From Setoptus koraiensis (taxonomy: Eukaryota > Animalia > Arthropoda): DNA of 64,000 bases. Below the pieces are notes generated by a model. That model saw only the letters and a list, made by a program, of their open reading frames with translations. It had not been told where the DNA came from and ran no database searches. A program made the position numbers and the translations under genes. How positions within the stretch are numbered: position 1 is the stretch's first letter; each line of letters opens with the position of its first letter. Positions 36,001-50,225 of the stretch are shown in pieces. The stretch lies in assembly GCA_048013815.1 (NCBI GenBank), contig CM106585.1, forward strand, positions 23,684,001-23,748,000, in the 5' to 3' direction.

Positions 36001-38783
36001 AGATACATTCCATTGGCAGCCCTCGTCATATACTCTACGGCATATAATATATAATAATATGATGTATAATATATAATGGCGATCTCAGGTGAATAGGCCC
36101 GACAGTGAAAGATGGATGATAATTTATTCCGCAATAATACCGGTAATAATAATTGTTGTTCATTTAAATGAATTTCAATTCAACACCGACACCAACACCA
36201 ACACCAACACACAACCAACAAAGACATATCATAGGCATGATAATAATGAGCTAACAAGGGGCCAGCTTTTAAATGAACTCGCCAACTGGCAACTGACGGT
36301 GAAGAGATCGACAGGGTGAATACATTAGTGGTGTTGTTATGTAATATTTAATTAATATCAACATTGTGTGTTGCTAGGCTAAAATGATTGCATTACAAAC
36401 GGATTGGTGGTGCACGCACAGTTATTTAGCATTGTATTGAACGTGCCAGTGTGTCAATGAGGGTTACATAATCTGTTTAGCTAACTTTGCTTATGTGTCT
36501 GCAATTATTGTTGTTATGTTTTTGCACACAACAATTGACTGTTGTGTGCAAAAGCAGCCAGAAAGTTGATCAATTTGTGTGCTAAACTAGCTGCCTGTAA
36601 CAACAGTATGTAACGTAACAGTAGTTAGAGTGAGAAAGAGATTGACTTTGACCCTTTCCACTATTATTGCCACTTGTTATTACTGTATTATTACTATTAT
36701 TGTTGTGTAATATCATCCAAAGGTGTCAGATTAGCAGTTAGTTGACAAAGACACGCACACACGCAGTGACCCATTGTCGAGATTAGAGATTTGCTGAGAA
36801 CATACCACTGATTACTGTCTACACCTGTCCAGTTAGTTGTGTAGTAGACACAAGATTCATCTCATCTCATCTCGTTTCGGCTCGGCTCGTCTCGTCGAGT
36901 CGAGTCGAGTGCTGTCGCATTACAATTATGTAATCCCTTGTTATTGGATGGGCAAAGGCCATAGGCACGACAATGGCCGCGACAACATGTTTTGTTGGAT
37001 GATCTCACATTAGTGATGAATGTCCACGATTGATCATCGACACACTTCAATCACGCAGTTCCAACGTTGTTCCGTTGTTGTCGTTGTTGTTGTTGCTGCA
37101 ACAACGGAACAACAACAACAACAACGACGACACACAGTCAAAAAGATGATGTAATAATCGCAACACTGGCCAATCACATAATTCATCAATATGGCGGTTG
37201 GTGTGTCAAAAAATGTCGACTGCGATCATATGTTTTCATTGGTGTTGCACAACGAACTGGCGCTGGACATGGCATCAAATTATCGCGCTATCATCATCAC
37301 ATTTAATTTGATGGATCATCCATCATCATTGATGTTGTTGGGTGTCTCAAATGTTTTTTTTTCTCTCATTTTGGCGAGCGCGCGACTCAATTTTCTGCAA
37401 CCAACCGAGCGACTTTCTACTAATTTTCTCTTTTATTTCTATCAAGCGTCAGTCAATTGAAAATGTCAGCACCGCTCTAATGGCAATCAATGGCGATAGG
37501 TGAGTTTTGGCAGATGAAGCACAGGATGACGAAGAGGAAATTTTGAGATTTCTTCTTCAAGATTTCAACATTTGTTTGCGACAGCCAACTAAACTGCAAA
37601 TGCTGCAATCGGTTGCCATAGTTAGCCCTTTGCGATGGGTCATTAATTTTTCGCGCTACGCTAATTTAGACTTCATTTGTCATCTCGGTCTCACCGGCTA
37701 CCATTACACACTCGCTCGCCGGCGACTAAATGATGCAAGCGAGCGATAAAAAGCCAAAAGGAAGGAAGAGATAAAAAGCGAGTGAGATACGCAGCCAGAT
37801 CGTAATGATAAATGGCCTGGCCAGTTGAGGTGAGAGCAACTGAGAGCAGCAAGCGAGTGTCAAAAGTTGACCACAACACACAAACGGTGACCAGTGACCT
37901 CTGCTCACCGCTAAATGAATCACCCATGCTTAGAGCAACTTTTAAAGCCACGTTATAAAGCACGAATGCGCAATAATAATTATGAAAATCGTCTACTGGA
38001 TATTTCAACGGCTAAAACGTGCATGACGTTATTAATATTTTTTATTATAACGTTGCATGTAATAAACAATTATTGCTCTAATGTTTGTGTGCGCACCTAA
38101 TAAACTAACATTCGGGCCACAAATGTGTGTTGCACTAATGTGAAAAATTGTCGCTGTTGTCGCTGTTGTTGTTGTCGCTGTTGTTCATGACACAAAAACA
38201 CAGTCTGACACATAATCAGTCATATGAGATGAGTTTGTTGCGACTTATGCCTTGGTGAGATCATTTTTTCACTTGCGCCATCCACAAGTCGGGCTCGCTA
38301 ATCAATCAGAGCGCCGGACATGACTGTACAAAATGACTGCACACGTTAAACCAATTAGTAATTAGTAGTTAACAGGCGAACCGGTAAACAGGTTGGCCAA
38401 CTGTGTGTCTGACATATTGCTTCTCATCATTAATCAACATTCTTCTTCTATGACAACATCATCATCAAATAAGCTCATTTATTTCATTTCTGTTGCCTGG
38501 GCTTCTTCTCGTTGCTGTCAACTGGTGGCCGGCCGGTCACTTGCTGGTGCCAACATGCAAACTGCTAACGTTCACATGTTACGTAACACGGCAACAAGTG
38601 TGCGTGTGTGTGTGTGTGTGCAACACCAACGAGAGAGAAAAAAAATGATTAATTCAGCGGCCAGAGGACAGAGATGGACAATGATATAATAGATACACAC
38701 AATGATGGATTGCCAGGCAAAGAATGTAACTGCTAACGGAAGCGGTTATTGTCTCTGTTTCTGTCTCTGTCGTTGTCTTGCCC

Positions 38784-38784
<1 letters not shown>

Positions 38785-38858
<74 letters not shown>
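38785..38858. repeat. (GT)37 microsatellite
   Basis: Longest perfect dinucleotide run seen in the window. Confidence 0.92.
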
Positions 38859-38863
<5 letters not shown>

Positions 38864-39954
38864 CGTAGTTGTCAAGTGTCAGTCTGGTTGACTCTGTAGA
38901 GCAGTTGCCATGACAACGACAACATCGACAAGTCGCACAATGACTCTCAACAGCAACAACAACAACAACAGCACCAACATCAACAACAACGACACCAACA
39001 ACGACAACGACGACAACGACAACAACGACACCGGGCCTGTGTGCAAATAAATCATTTTTACTGTCAAACAAACGTCGTTCGTCCACTATTCTCTCACACA
39101 TTCCGCTCACATATTCCGCTCACATATTTTGCTCACAGCGAATAAAGGATCTTTCTCTCGCCAGTGTCTTGCCAATGTCTTGCCAACGTCTCGCGCACTA
39201 AATTCATTTTTGTTTGGCCACAGGTTAACAGGTAGCAGTTTCTGTTGGTGTCAATTGGTTCACTCATATACCGCTCATATACCCACTACCGTTTTGAGCC
39301 GGCAAAAATGAGCAAAAAATGAGATCTTTGAGCGATCGACGAATCGCTGCCAGCAACAGCTCGACTATCAGCACAATTTCACCTGTTTTGTATATGACAA
39401 TTTTCGACAAACCCTCACTTAGCTACAGTTAGCTACAGGTGACAACAATGAATGCTGTCAATTTATAGCCGCCAACAATGCTGGTCTGATCGCTGCGCTT
39501 GCTCTGTCTCAAGCCCACTCCCATAAACTCACCGAGTCTCCCACTCCCATAATGAATCATGGGAGTTGCAGATGACCGGATAGTGTCATGGATGCGATCA
39601 CTACTATCACACATTGACAGTGTCACTATGACTAACAATTTCCTAGAGTCGGCTGTCAGTTTGGCTAGCTCTTGTATTTGTGTTGTGTCAGTCAGTATTC
39701 AGATGATATGTGTACAGGTTGTGAGCTGTCAAAAGAGCGATCCAATGAGAAAGAAAAACATTTTACATCTCGTAGTGACTCTGCCAACAACTGCCGAAGC
39801 TCCAGACGGGAGCAAGGTTATTCGCTGGCGAGCTAGCGACTCAGCGGCTCCATTCAAGTACGCATATCTAGACATATTTGTGCATGTGTATATAAATGGC
39901 GATGGTCAAGGTTGGCCTGGACTACAATCTTGCTTCTCGAGCTTCTCTGCTTCT

Positions 39955-40003
39955 CTGGCTTCTTCGGGCTCGCTGGCTTCTTCGGGCTCGCTGGCTTCTT
40001 CGG
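39955..40003. repeat. 18-bp minisatellite, ~2.7 copies
   Basis: Unit CTGGCTTCTTCGGGCTCG. Confidence 0.8.
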
Positions 40004-43000
40004 CTTCTTTGGCCTATTGGGCTTGTCGAGCGTCTCAGGTATCGCTGTCACAAGTGGCGAATTTAAGCTGAGCTTCGATTAGATTAGTTCACCTTGAAAT
40101 AAGCACAGTGCAGCAACACAGTGACAGAAACAACAAATATATTGGGCAAAGAAGCTCGACGACAATGATAACAGTGCGCTCACTCTCACTTTTTATAGTC
40201 TCGTTTGTGTTGCCACAATTACAATTACAATCGCTTTGCCAGTCGCACCGCTGTTACCTTTACCTCTTTGTTCACCTGTTCACCTGTTCAACTGTTTCAT
40301 CGCTAACGAGCTATGAGCATCAAGTGTCAACCAACAATAACTGGTTAGCGCAACCACGACAAACATTCACACACAAACATCGGACATTGCCTGTCTGGTT
40401 GGTGGGAACAAAACGGGCAAACATGCAAACATCGATCAACAAACTAATAATAATAGTAATAACCATGATAATAATAATAGTAAAAACCATGATAATAATA
40501 GCAATAGTTATAATAAGCTGGTGTAATTAGAGCGCTATTGGACCTGGGCTACCCAGGAATTGCCAGGTATGCCAATGAGATGCACTGTTCGGTGAACCAG
40601 TTTTACGGTGAACGCTAACGGAGTTGGTTAGTCGGTCGGTTGGTCAGCACATCACACATTTGAGACATGTCATTGAACACAACAAATCTAAACGAATCTA
40701 TCTGTTTTATCTATTTCTCTGGCTGTTGTGTCCACAGGCAGTTTGGTTGCAATTGCTACTGATGAACTAATGAAATGACTTGACGCGCTCGTTATTTTCA
40801 GCCTCTTCTCTGTCGTGCTAACTGTTCAACTTACACACAATTTGCACAATTACCGCACACTAATTGAGACCGATAGGCAATAACAGAACAGGTGAAAAAG
40901 ATCATAGGTTGACATTGGCCACCTTGCGTTGTTGCATCAACAACACACACTGTGTGCGGCCTTGGCGATGCGGTGAGCCTGACCAACTAATGGTAATACT
41001 AACCATGCTAATCTAATTTAAATAGGCCCGACTAAATCAGTTTAAATCAGTTCGGTTAATTAGTTAATGAGAGAGTCGACACTTCCTTGTAATACAAGTT
41101 GATTTACATTGGTACATTAGAACAGCAGTAGTTGATTGATTCTTGGGGCGAGTTTCAGTGACACAGAGGCCAATATTGTTTGTATTTGTATGTATGTATA
41201 TATTAATATTATATACGATGGGTGTGCAGCCGAAATTCGCACTAATTTATCGATTGATTTAGTTGGTTAGTGAGCGTTTCAGTGAGTCAATTGGCAGTGA
41301 CTGGATTGATGGGCAGTGAGACGGGCATGATTAAGCCAGCCACTGGCACCTTGCATGACATGTCATGGCTGATTGAAATTAATTTCTGGCTGAGGCCGCA
41401 AATTAAAATTAATGATGAAATTAAACGATCGACAACAATTGCACACAGTAGCTATCGATTTAAAGGAAATGATGAATCATTTAGCTGGCAATTTGTGTAG
41501 CCATCTAACACAAGCCGGTGGTTGCTTGTTTTTGGTTGTTGGTTGTTTGTTGTTGGTTATTTGTTATTTGTTTGCTCCATGTGCCATTGGTATTGGCGGA
41601 CTAATTGCGCACAAACGACACATATTATGGCCATGCCATTGAGATCGACGACAGGTTCGGGCTATCATTAATCAGGCGATTCGAGCTATTCAAGATGGAT
41701 GGACAGTCGATGAAATTATTCATGAACAAGTCGGCTTTATTACGGTCATGAGTAATGAGGAATTTGCATTTTATTTTATCTTTGTATGGCAAACTTTATT
41801 GTGAGCAATGCTGATTGAACACAATTGTCGACTGATGCCACTGTGCACCAGACGCCAAACAGGCACTAGGCCACAAGTGACGGGCATCAGTGAACAGGGC
41901 AGCAGTGGACAGGCAGCAGTGGTCAGGGCAGCAGTGGTCAGACAGCAGTGGACAGGTAACAGTTGGCCGTCAACAGGTAGTGCAAACAGGATGGCGCAAG
42001 TTTATTTGTCTGGCCAGGCAGCGCAGGTAAGCGCATTATTGTGTGTTTGTGTCTGGCTCAATCGAGATTGATTAGGCGCTAACGATCAACATGATACAAT
42101 AATAATATTGATGGTTGCTGTATAATAACCGCTAGGCAAGTAGTAAAAGTAAGTCAACGGTAGAAGCCACCAATCATCAAAATAAATAGAGCAACAACAA
42201 TGCAAAAGCATTTCGGTGGCATTACGTAAACGTATCATCAAATGTTTGCATATTTGCATAATAAGCAACAACATTATTATTACTCGAACAGCAAAAACAG
42301 TGAAAAACAGTGTTGAAACTGTTTAACTGTTCGCTCACTGCTCACCGCTGATTTCCTTGATTTTCTTTTATGTGTGCATCGTTGTTACAGTTTCACAATG
42401 ATAACACCGGCACCAACAACGACAAGCTCACCAAACGACCGTTGGCCGGCCCGCAAACTGGCAACAAATTGACGACCACAGCAACATTGACGAATTGCCC
42501 GCCATTACACTAATACCGTTATTGTATTCATTTAAATTTATTATTGCATGAGATAGTCGTATCGCGTCTGTGAACAAACAAACAAATAAATTCAAGTTTG
42601 TTGGTAGCACAAGGCGCAAATAAGCGAAACTGACCAACCGCTCGAATCGAGTCAAACTGACCATGAGTTGTGACCACTCACTAACACTGACACCCCATCA
42701 TCAATAACGTAAACTCAATGTTTTCTTCAGTGGTCAGTTGAACCAAAAGAGGCGTCGCTTGGCGTCATCTCAGCCGAGTCAAGTTCATTTCCGGATAGAT
42801 AACAGTTACTATTTGGCCACAATGAACCACAATCAACAATGCAACGGCAACAACGACGCCAAGTTCAACGAGTGGTCAGCGCACACATGTCATTGTTACG
42901 ACACCGTTGTTGTCGTTGTTGTTGTGTTGTTGCCGTTGACTGACTTTGCGGTTTAAAACTGAAGCCACCGAACGCTGCCAAACGTGCTCAAACAAACACA

Positions 43001-46000
43001 CTGCGTTGCTGGCCATTCAATGGCGAGTCAATCGTTTAAAATGGTGAGAATCTCATCTCACCATTTTAAACGACCGATTGCACTCGAAATCATGCTTGTG
43101 TTGCCGGGTATGGCGCTCACAAAAGGTCATTGCCGCTATGCGTTCCGATGCGACGAGAGATGGCCTCTGATCGCCGCGATAAGTGTCACAAGTGTCACAC
43201 AACTGTGCTAACTGGATCGAAACTAAATTATAAATTATTATAATTATAATTAAAATTACGCTTGCCAGTATAAGATGTTGGTTATAAAGATAAGACCGGA
43301 AGTTAGACAATGCACGATTTTCGCTCTTTCTGCCCGCACGACCTCAGCGCCATTCCGGCAGCAGCAACAACAGCAAGTGACTTGGTCGGTTGCCATTCAA
43401 TTTTGGTCGGTTTGCCATTCAATTTGCTTGAGAAAACGGCAAAACTGAAAGCGATGGGCTGCTTGCCAAATAGTGTTTGGCGTGGCACAACGACACACTA
43501 TTGTGACAAAGTCCAGAAATAATGCATGACAATAAAATGTTTCAATGGACAAATCAATGGCACCGCATAACCTTTTGCTACAGCGACCATTTCAATTTTT
43601 GTCGGCTGTCGATGAGGCGAAATTTGTTACGTTTGAGCGACAACGCTCATCTGCGAGACACAAAACGAGTCTTGTGAATTCATCTAATGTCTGATATAAT
43701 GTGTGTGTTATTACTTATTATACGCATTATATTATGTAACATTGTTGCTAATTTGTTGTTGAAAGAGCACAAATAAGCGACAGTTGTTGTTGTTTGGTAT
43801 CGCCACGAATTGTTAGACTGTCCATGGGCAACTTTGCGACTCTGCCAATTGGTGTGTTCAATGAGATTTCACATTGAGATTAATTTCTGCAAACAACAAT
43901 AACTGGCGACTTTAGCCTTTTATATTTTGTTTCCTCCATAATGCATGTTGTTGGGCTCTCATCGTTTGCTTCTCATTATCGGCTACAACAATGATGAATG
44001 GTGCATAGATCCGACAACAACGCCAGCAACATCAACAGCAACAGCAACAACAACAGCAACAACAACAGCAACAACAACAGCAACGGTCACACCAATAACA
44101 ATTGATCTGGATCTTCCTAGACTTGTTACAACCACCAGACAAATAACAATAACAACACAAGCTGGCGCTTGTAGCACTGGCGGCGCTCACCAACGGCAAC
44201 GTTTGCCGTGTCGTGCCTCGATACTGACGTTGTTGCGCACAATCACTTGTACGTAACCGTTTGTTAGTTATGTAACGAGTCGCGTGCTTGTTAATAGTAT
44301 TATCATTGTATTATTGTTGTGTGTGTGTGTGTTACATAATTCAATGCGGACACGACCGACGGGCCAACTACCAGCCGACCAACAGCAACAACACAACAAC
44401 AACACAGCAACAACAACAACACAACAACAACAACGACATCAACAACACAACAACAAATCTGTTTATCGCTGTTTATCAGTTGATCTTCTTCTCTTCACCT
44501 GTTTCTCGGGCCTCTAACAGCCTCTAACAATGGCTCTTAGCAACGGCGAGCGCCCATTAAACACTGCGCTATCAATGACGGACATCGGCGTGATGAAACC
44601 GCACATCGACGGCCAGTTAACTAGATTCATAAAAGGTCGTGCACGATCACCACTTCCGACTATTATATCATACACTTATGATATAATACGCTACACCGGA
44701 CACAAGTGGGCTACGAGTAATAATAATAATTAATAATCTCCCACTGGCTCATCAGTACAACAGGTGCTTGTTGATTGGCTCCACTTTCGCCGGCAAGCGA
44801 ATCGCTCAAGTAAATTGCTGGATGCATCAGTTTAACATCAATCGTATAATCGCAACGGCCGTGCAGTTGTACAATTGCTCTCAGTGCGAATCTCTTGCAA
44901 TAAATGGTGCCAAATTGATCTTGATAGCAAGCCCGTCCTAAGCTCACAAATCCAAATTCATAAAACGTAACGCAGGCTTAACGAGATAAAAAGCGGCCAA
45001 TTTAATTAACGAAAACAGGAACTTATTATTTGTGCACGTTGTGCCCGTTGTTCGCTCAATTATATTTTATGAAGCTTGTTAGCTTAAGTGAATTTTATTT
45101 CTGCTAGCCAGGTGAATATTGAATGCAGCATGACGCAATTAGGTAATGATTCTATCAATGAACCACTGCAGCTTTTCCTCGTCTCCCCTCTCCTGTCTTG
45201 TCTGCATTGTATTCGCTGCTTGTTTGTTACTAACAGGTAACGTTGTGTCGAGTATCCTTTCAAAAGAGCTTAACTCAATGAGTTTCTCCATGGTCTTGGC
45301 AACACTGCTGCCGTTACGATTGCCGTTATCTACGGCTGCCACAGTGGCCGCCGCTGCCGGTGCCGCCGCCGCCGCAATCAGAGAAACTATTTCTTATTTC
45401 TTTTGCATGATGAAGATGATGAATTAAAAACACACATATAAGAAACGCCAAAGAGCAGGCACAGTGCAGAGGGATGACGGTGCGACAGAACAACAACAAT
45501 TCAACTCATTATGGACTGACAGCATTGAGTGAGTGAGGCAAAAAAAACAACTAACATGAAGAAGAACGGATAAAAAACAATTCCTTGAATTTTGACAGAA
45601 AATTAAACAAAAAGCAGCGAGTGACTTCCTTTTGTTGATGATCCATTTGCACCCGATGAAGATCGTCATGTATCTTGGTGTATTTGTTTGTTTGTTTGTT
45701 TGTGTGTCGCTGAGGATTGTGAGGGGAGCAACGACAACAGCAACGGCAACAGCAACAAGGAGCTAGACGCAGGATTAGAGGTTAATTATGTTGTACATTG
45801 CGCAATTACAAATGCTGGATGAATAATGAGATAGAGTCCGTAGGTCTGCTTGTTGTAAGTCGGAGCCAATTGAAACAACAACAAACAAAATCTTTTGTGT
45901 TGTTTCAATTCTCTCACAAGCAACAACTTGTTAGATTGAGTCACCAATTATTATTAAGTGCCCATGTTAGTCTGTATATCGACCACCAGGTAACTCATCT

Positions 46001-46185
46001 TCTTCGTATTCTTTATTCATTCTTTCACTCGATTATACAGTATACAGTGTAAGTTATACTGTATGTTAGTGTAGTTGTGCACCTGTACACAACAACCAAA
46101 CCAAACAAACGGTACAGTGCCATGCAGTTGTCATGGTATTATTATGTAATGTGCTGAGCAGTGGTCGCATCTCACCGCTAGGCAT

Positions 46186-46245
46186 AACGGCCAGAGCAGT
46201 AACGGCCAGAGCAGTAACGGCCAGAGCAGTAACGGCCAGAGCAGT
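46186..46245. repeat. 15-bp minisatellite, 4 perfect copies
   Basis: Unit AACGGCCAGAGCAGT. Confidence 0.92.
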
Positions 46246-48453
46246 ATAGGTGGCCCACAGGTAGCATTCAATCAGGTAGTATGGTTATGTTTCAATAGTT
46301 GTGATTCATCATTTCATACTTAATGACAACAAAGATACATGAGACCGACACGATGAGACATATCGCAATTGATTGATTTATGATAATTGTCTGACCGGCA
46401 GCACACACACACACACACATACTAATTAGTGTGTGTGTGTGTGTGCAAATATTACGTTTTGTGTATAATCATATTTACTAGTCCCTCATGTCTTGTTAGA
46501 CTACACCGATTTATCTTGCTGATAAATCGTGCCAGAGAGGCTCTGCGAAAGCATAGGCTGGCAACTGTCTGAAGGCTCGATTAAGATGCAAGTAATTGAT
46601 AGCGGATTAATTAGATAAAGTGCAAGCCAGATTAGTGAGTTAAGCGCACCAAATTGGAGCTCCCAACAACACGACCAATAGTGTGAGACGAGCGAATATA
46701 AAGCAGTCAAAGTAAATACCCTGATGATGATAATAGTAATAATAACGATAATTATAATTATAATGACAATTAAAGCAACTTAAACAAAGTTATGCACTTG
46801 TTAATTAACAATCTGTCTAGCAATATTTGCGACTTGTTAGTGTGTTGCGTCGGTCGTTGCGTCGGTCGTTGCTGCTAAGTGGCGACCATGGTGGCAGTGC
46901 CGACGGTAGTAATAAAAGTCTCTCTCTCTCTCTCGCTCATTTCGAACCAAAATGATAATATGAATGGATTGAGATCATGCGAAATCATCAAACAACCACT
47001 TTCTCATTGTGCCATTGAGTTGAAGCAAACTCGGCAACAGCAACAACAAAACGACGACCAAAGCGACAGATGAAAAATGAATAAACAGAATAAATTTTGA
47101 TTGAATTTCTTTCGTCGACTCTCTCATCATTTATATCAAGAACGTCATGCAAATTAGTTGTTGCCCGTCCACAAATGGCTCTAATCGCTTATCTCAAATT
47201 GCTCGTCGTCGTCGCTTATTTACCTTGCCTGGCCCGCTAGTTGGCAAGCTAGTTGTTGAAATGATTTTTGGGTTTCTTCGTCGCCCATTGGTGGTCGCTC
47301 GGCCCTGACTATTATTGGTGTAACCTTTTTGTTTCTGTTGTGAATGACACTCACACACAATTAATTCATTTCATCACCACACTCGCTAGCTGGGCACAAC
47401 GACATTGGCAAATATTTATCTATCTTCGGCCCTGTGTTACCAATACATATTACTCGCTATTATTATTGCCATTGAGTATGTAGAGATGATCATTATTGCT
47501 AAAATAAATAATGATTTTATCTCTCTCTCTCCTGGCCAGTGATTTACATTTAATATCCATCGATTTGATATTATCAAGTTGATAAATACTGTTTGCGCTG
47601 TGTCAGCGCTCAAGTGACTGACATGATTTCGTTGGATGTGAATTTGCATGGTTACGCTCCAATTTCTCTCAACTTTCTCTTTACTTTCTATCCACTTTCT
47701 CTCTATTTGTTCGTTAATGTTCATGTATAAATAACAAATAAATGTGCGACCTCGGCAATAAGCGGGCAACTTTATTTGCTCGTATTAGATTATTATTTAT
47801 TATTATTATTATCAAAGTCATTATTGTTGCGAACAATTAGTTGATTAAGCGAGCTAGCGAGCGAGTAATTTCACTATTGGCCACAGTATGAGCCTCATTG
47901 TTGTCGAGCTCGGCCATGCCATTTACACACACAATTGTCAGTTTTAAGTCGCTATGTCGCCGTGTCGTCGTCGTCGTCGTCGTAAAGTATAACGCACGCT
48001 CACAATACACGGCTTACAGGATAAGTTGGTTGATAAAATAAATGGGGTCATTTTTGGCACACATTTTCAGCGTGTAACCCGTTAATAAACGAGATGGCAC
48101 GCATACGCACAAAAGAAGCAAACAAGAGGCACCTAGTTGCCTTGTACAATGTAGGCACGTAAATTGTACAATGTAGATGCAAATGCGATCGCAATTGTTG
48201 TTGTGTGCGCAAGGGTCAGTGGGATATTTGTCGTTGTCATGACAACTAAATAATAATATCAAAAAAGATTTGCAAATAGATAATAATCAGCTCGAGCAGC
48301 TAACATCAATAGAGACCATGAAGAAACAATTAGACGCCAGACAAGACAAGACAGACGGGACAGGACAGCCGGAGACAATGAATTCATTGTGTTCGGATAG
48401 CGGATAGCGGATTCGATCAAACAACTGATCCAATGTGTTTGTGACTGATAACC

Positions 48454-48487
<34 letters not shown>

Positions 48488-48550
48488 ACGACAACAACAA
48501 CAACGACAACAACGACAACGACAACAACAACAACAACAACGACAACAACA
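48454..48550. repeat. Imperfect (AAC/GAC)n trinucleotide tract
   Basis: About 95 nt of CAA/CGA repeats; one of many such tracts between 26 and 63 kb. Confidence 0.85.
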
Positions 48551-50169
48551 GGTGAACAAGCGTCATGTGTTAGTGAATATTGAGTGCAAATCAGATTAAA
48601 TTAGCGTGCAATGTGCGCTCTGTGGTAAGCTTGTGTGACTCGGTGAGAAAACAATCAACCAGTGATTAATGGATAATCATTTTCAATAATATACGCACAA
48701 GTGAGCAGCATTTTGTGCGCTTCCAATACACTGAATAATACACAAACTGTTACCTGTTGCGGTCGTGGTGGTTGCTGTCGCTGTTGTTTGTTGATCAATG
48801 TTCATTCGCGAATCAGTGAAATCCGCATTATAATTGTATATATGTATGTATGTATGTATATGTAAATGATTATGACTCACAATCTAGATGCAAACTGCTA
48901 AACTCACAAATCGCATTAGCATTGCATGCATAAGTAGTAGATAATGATAATATCTTTTCTTTGCCAGGCCACCATTATTTCCAATTGATACACACAAGTG
49001 ACCATTGGTTTAACTTTTGTTGCCATTGTTAGGCTGATATTGACCATGAAGCAGCCACACTTGTCAAGTGCTTTGTTGTTTGTAAGACACTATGCGCGTG
49101 TCATTCACATCATTGGATCATCATTAGCTCAAAAATCATTCACAACTTGTTAGATTACATCTTTCAATAATCATATTCAATGTTGTTGGTTTAATGGCCT
49201 TGAAATAACTTCAATCTGACAATCTCTTGTGAGTTTGTGTCTGGCCTGTTGAGGAGCCATGTCAGTTCATGAGATTTTGTTGCTCAGATTGATTCATTTG
49301 TGCGCCTCACAATTTGTGAGTCACAAATAATCAATTTGAGCCTCTTGCCATCATTCATCATTTGATTTGCAAATGTCCGATGTCGATTGCCGATTTGACC
49401 AGACAGTTATAACTGACAAATGTCACGTGCATTATTCACAAGACAATACATGCTAATGACAATACAGATGAATACAGTCATTAGCAAGGGCGATTTTGTC
49501 GGCTTAGTCAACTCGATCAAGATGATAATTGGATTTACCATTGGTATTATCAAGTTCAGGTTAAGCTGTTCATTATTACGATAACTTTAACTTTGCATGC
49601 CCTCTGCAAATATTGCACTAGATTTCTGATGGAAAATTGTCGTCAATGACTGTTGTAAGAATACGCGTTACTGTTGAAGTACTAGAGTGGTAAGGGCAAC
49701 AAGTGATGCTCTAGCTACTGACATTTGCGAGTCTCTCATGCAGCCCGTATGATACAGGTGACCAACATGAGAGACTCTCACTTGTCAGTGGTCAGCTGTC
49801 AGTTGTCAGTTGTCAGTTGTCAATTTTCAGCTAGACAAGTGCACAGTACGTGTGTGTCTATTGTTGACTCATGTAGTTGTGTAATGTAATGTCAATTGTA
49901 ATGTAGTTGCATTACGAAACTGTATCTGTACTGTCTCGTGTATCACGTGCGTTATGTGTTGTCATCAAAGAGTGTGCTATGTTGCCTGCGACAAATGGAA
50001 ACAAGTGGACAAGTCAATTTGACGCATGCAGATTGTAGATTGAATAATAGGCGCTCGACTTTTTTTCTTGGTCAAACGTCAGTTTGATTAGCGATTAATT
50101 GATGTAATCACTTTATCGCATGTTGTTAGACACAATTGTCTGGACAATTGACAACGTTATTACGCTACA

Positions 50170-50225
50170 CTCTAGTGACTAGACTCTAGTGACTAGACTC
50201 AGGTGACTAGACTCAGGTGACTAGA
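50170..50225. repeat. 14-bp minisatellite, 4 copies, with a palindromic unit
   Basis: CTCTAGTGACTAGA x2 then CTCAGGTGACTAGA x2. TCTAGT-G-ACTAGA is an interrupted palindrome. Confidence 0.9.

Noticed and set aside
50176-50225. TGACTAGA, the miR-279-family seed, repeated
   Set aside because: Part of a 14-bp tandem repeat with no miRNA-length unique stem.
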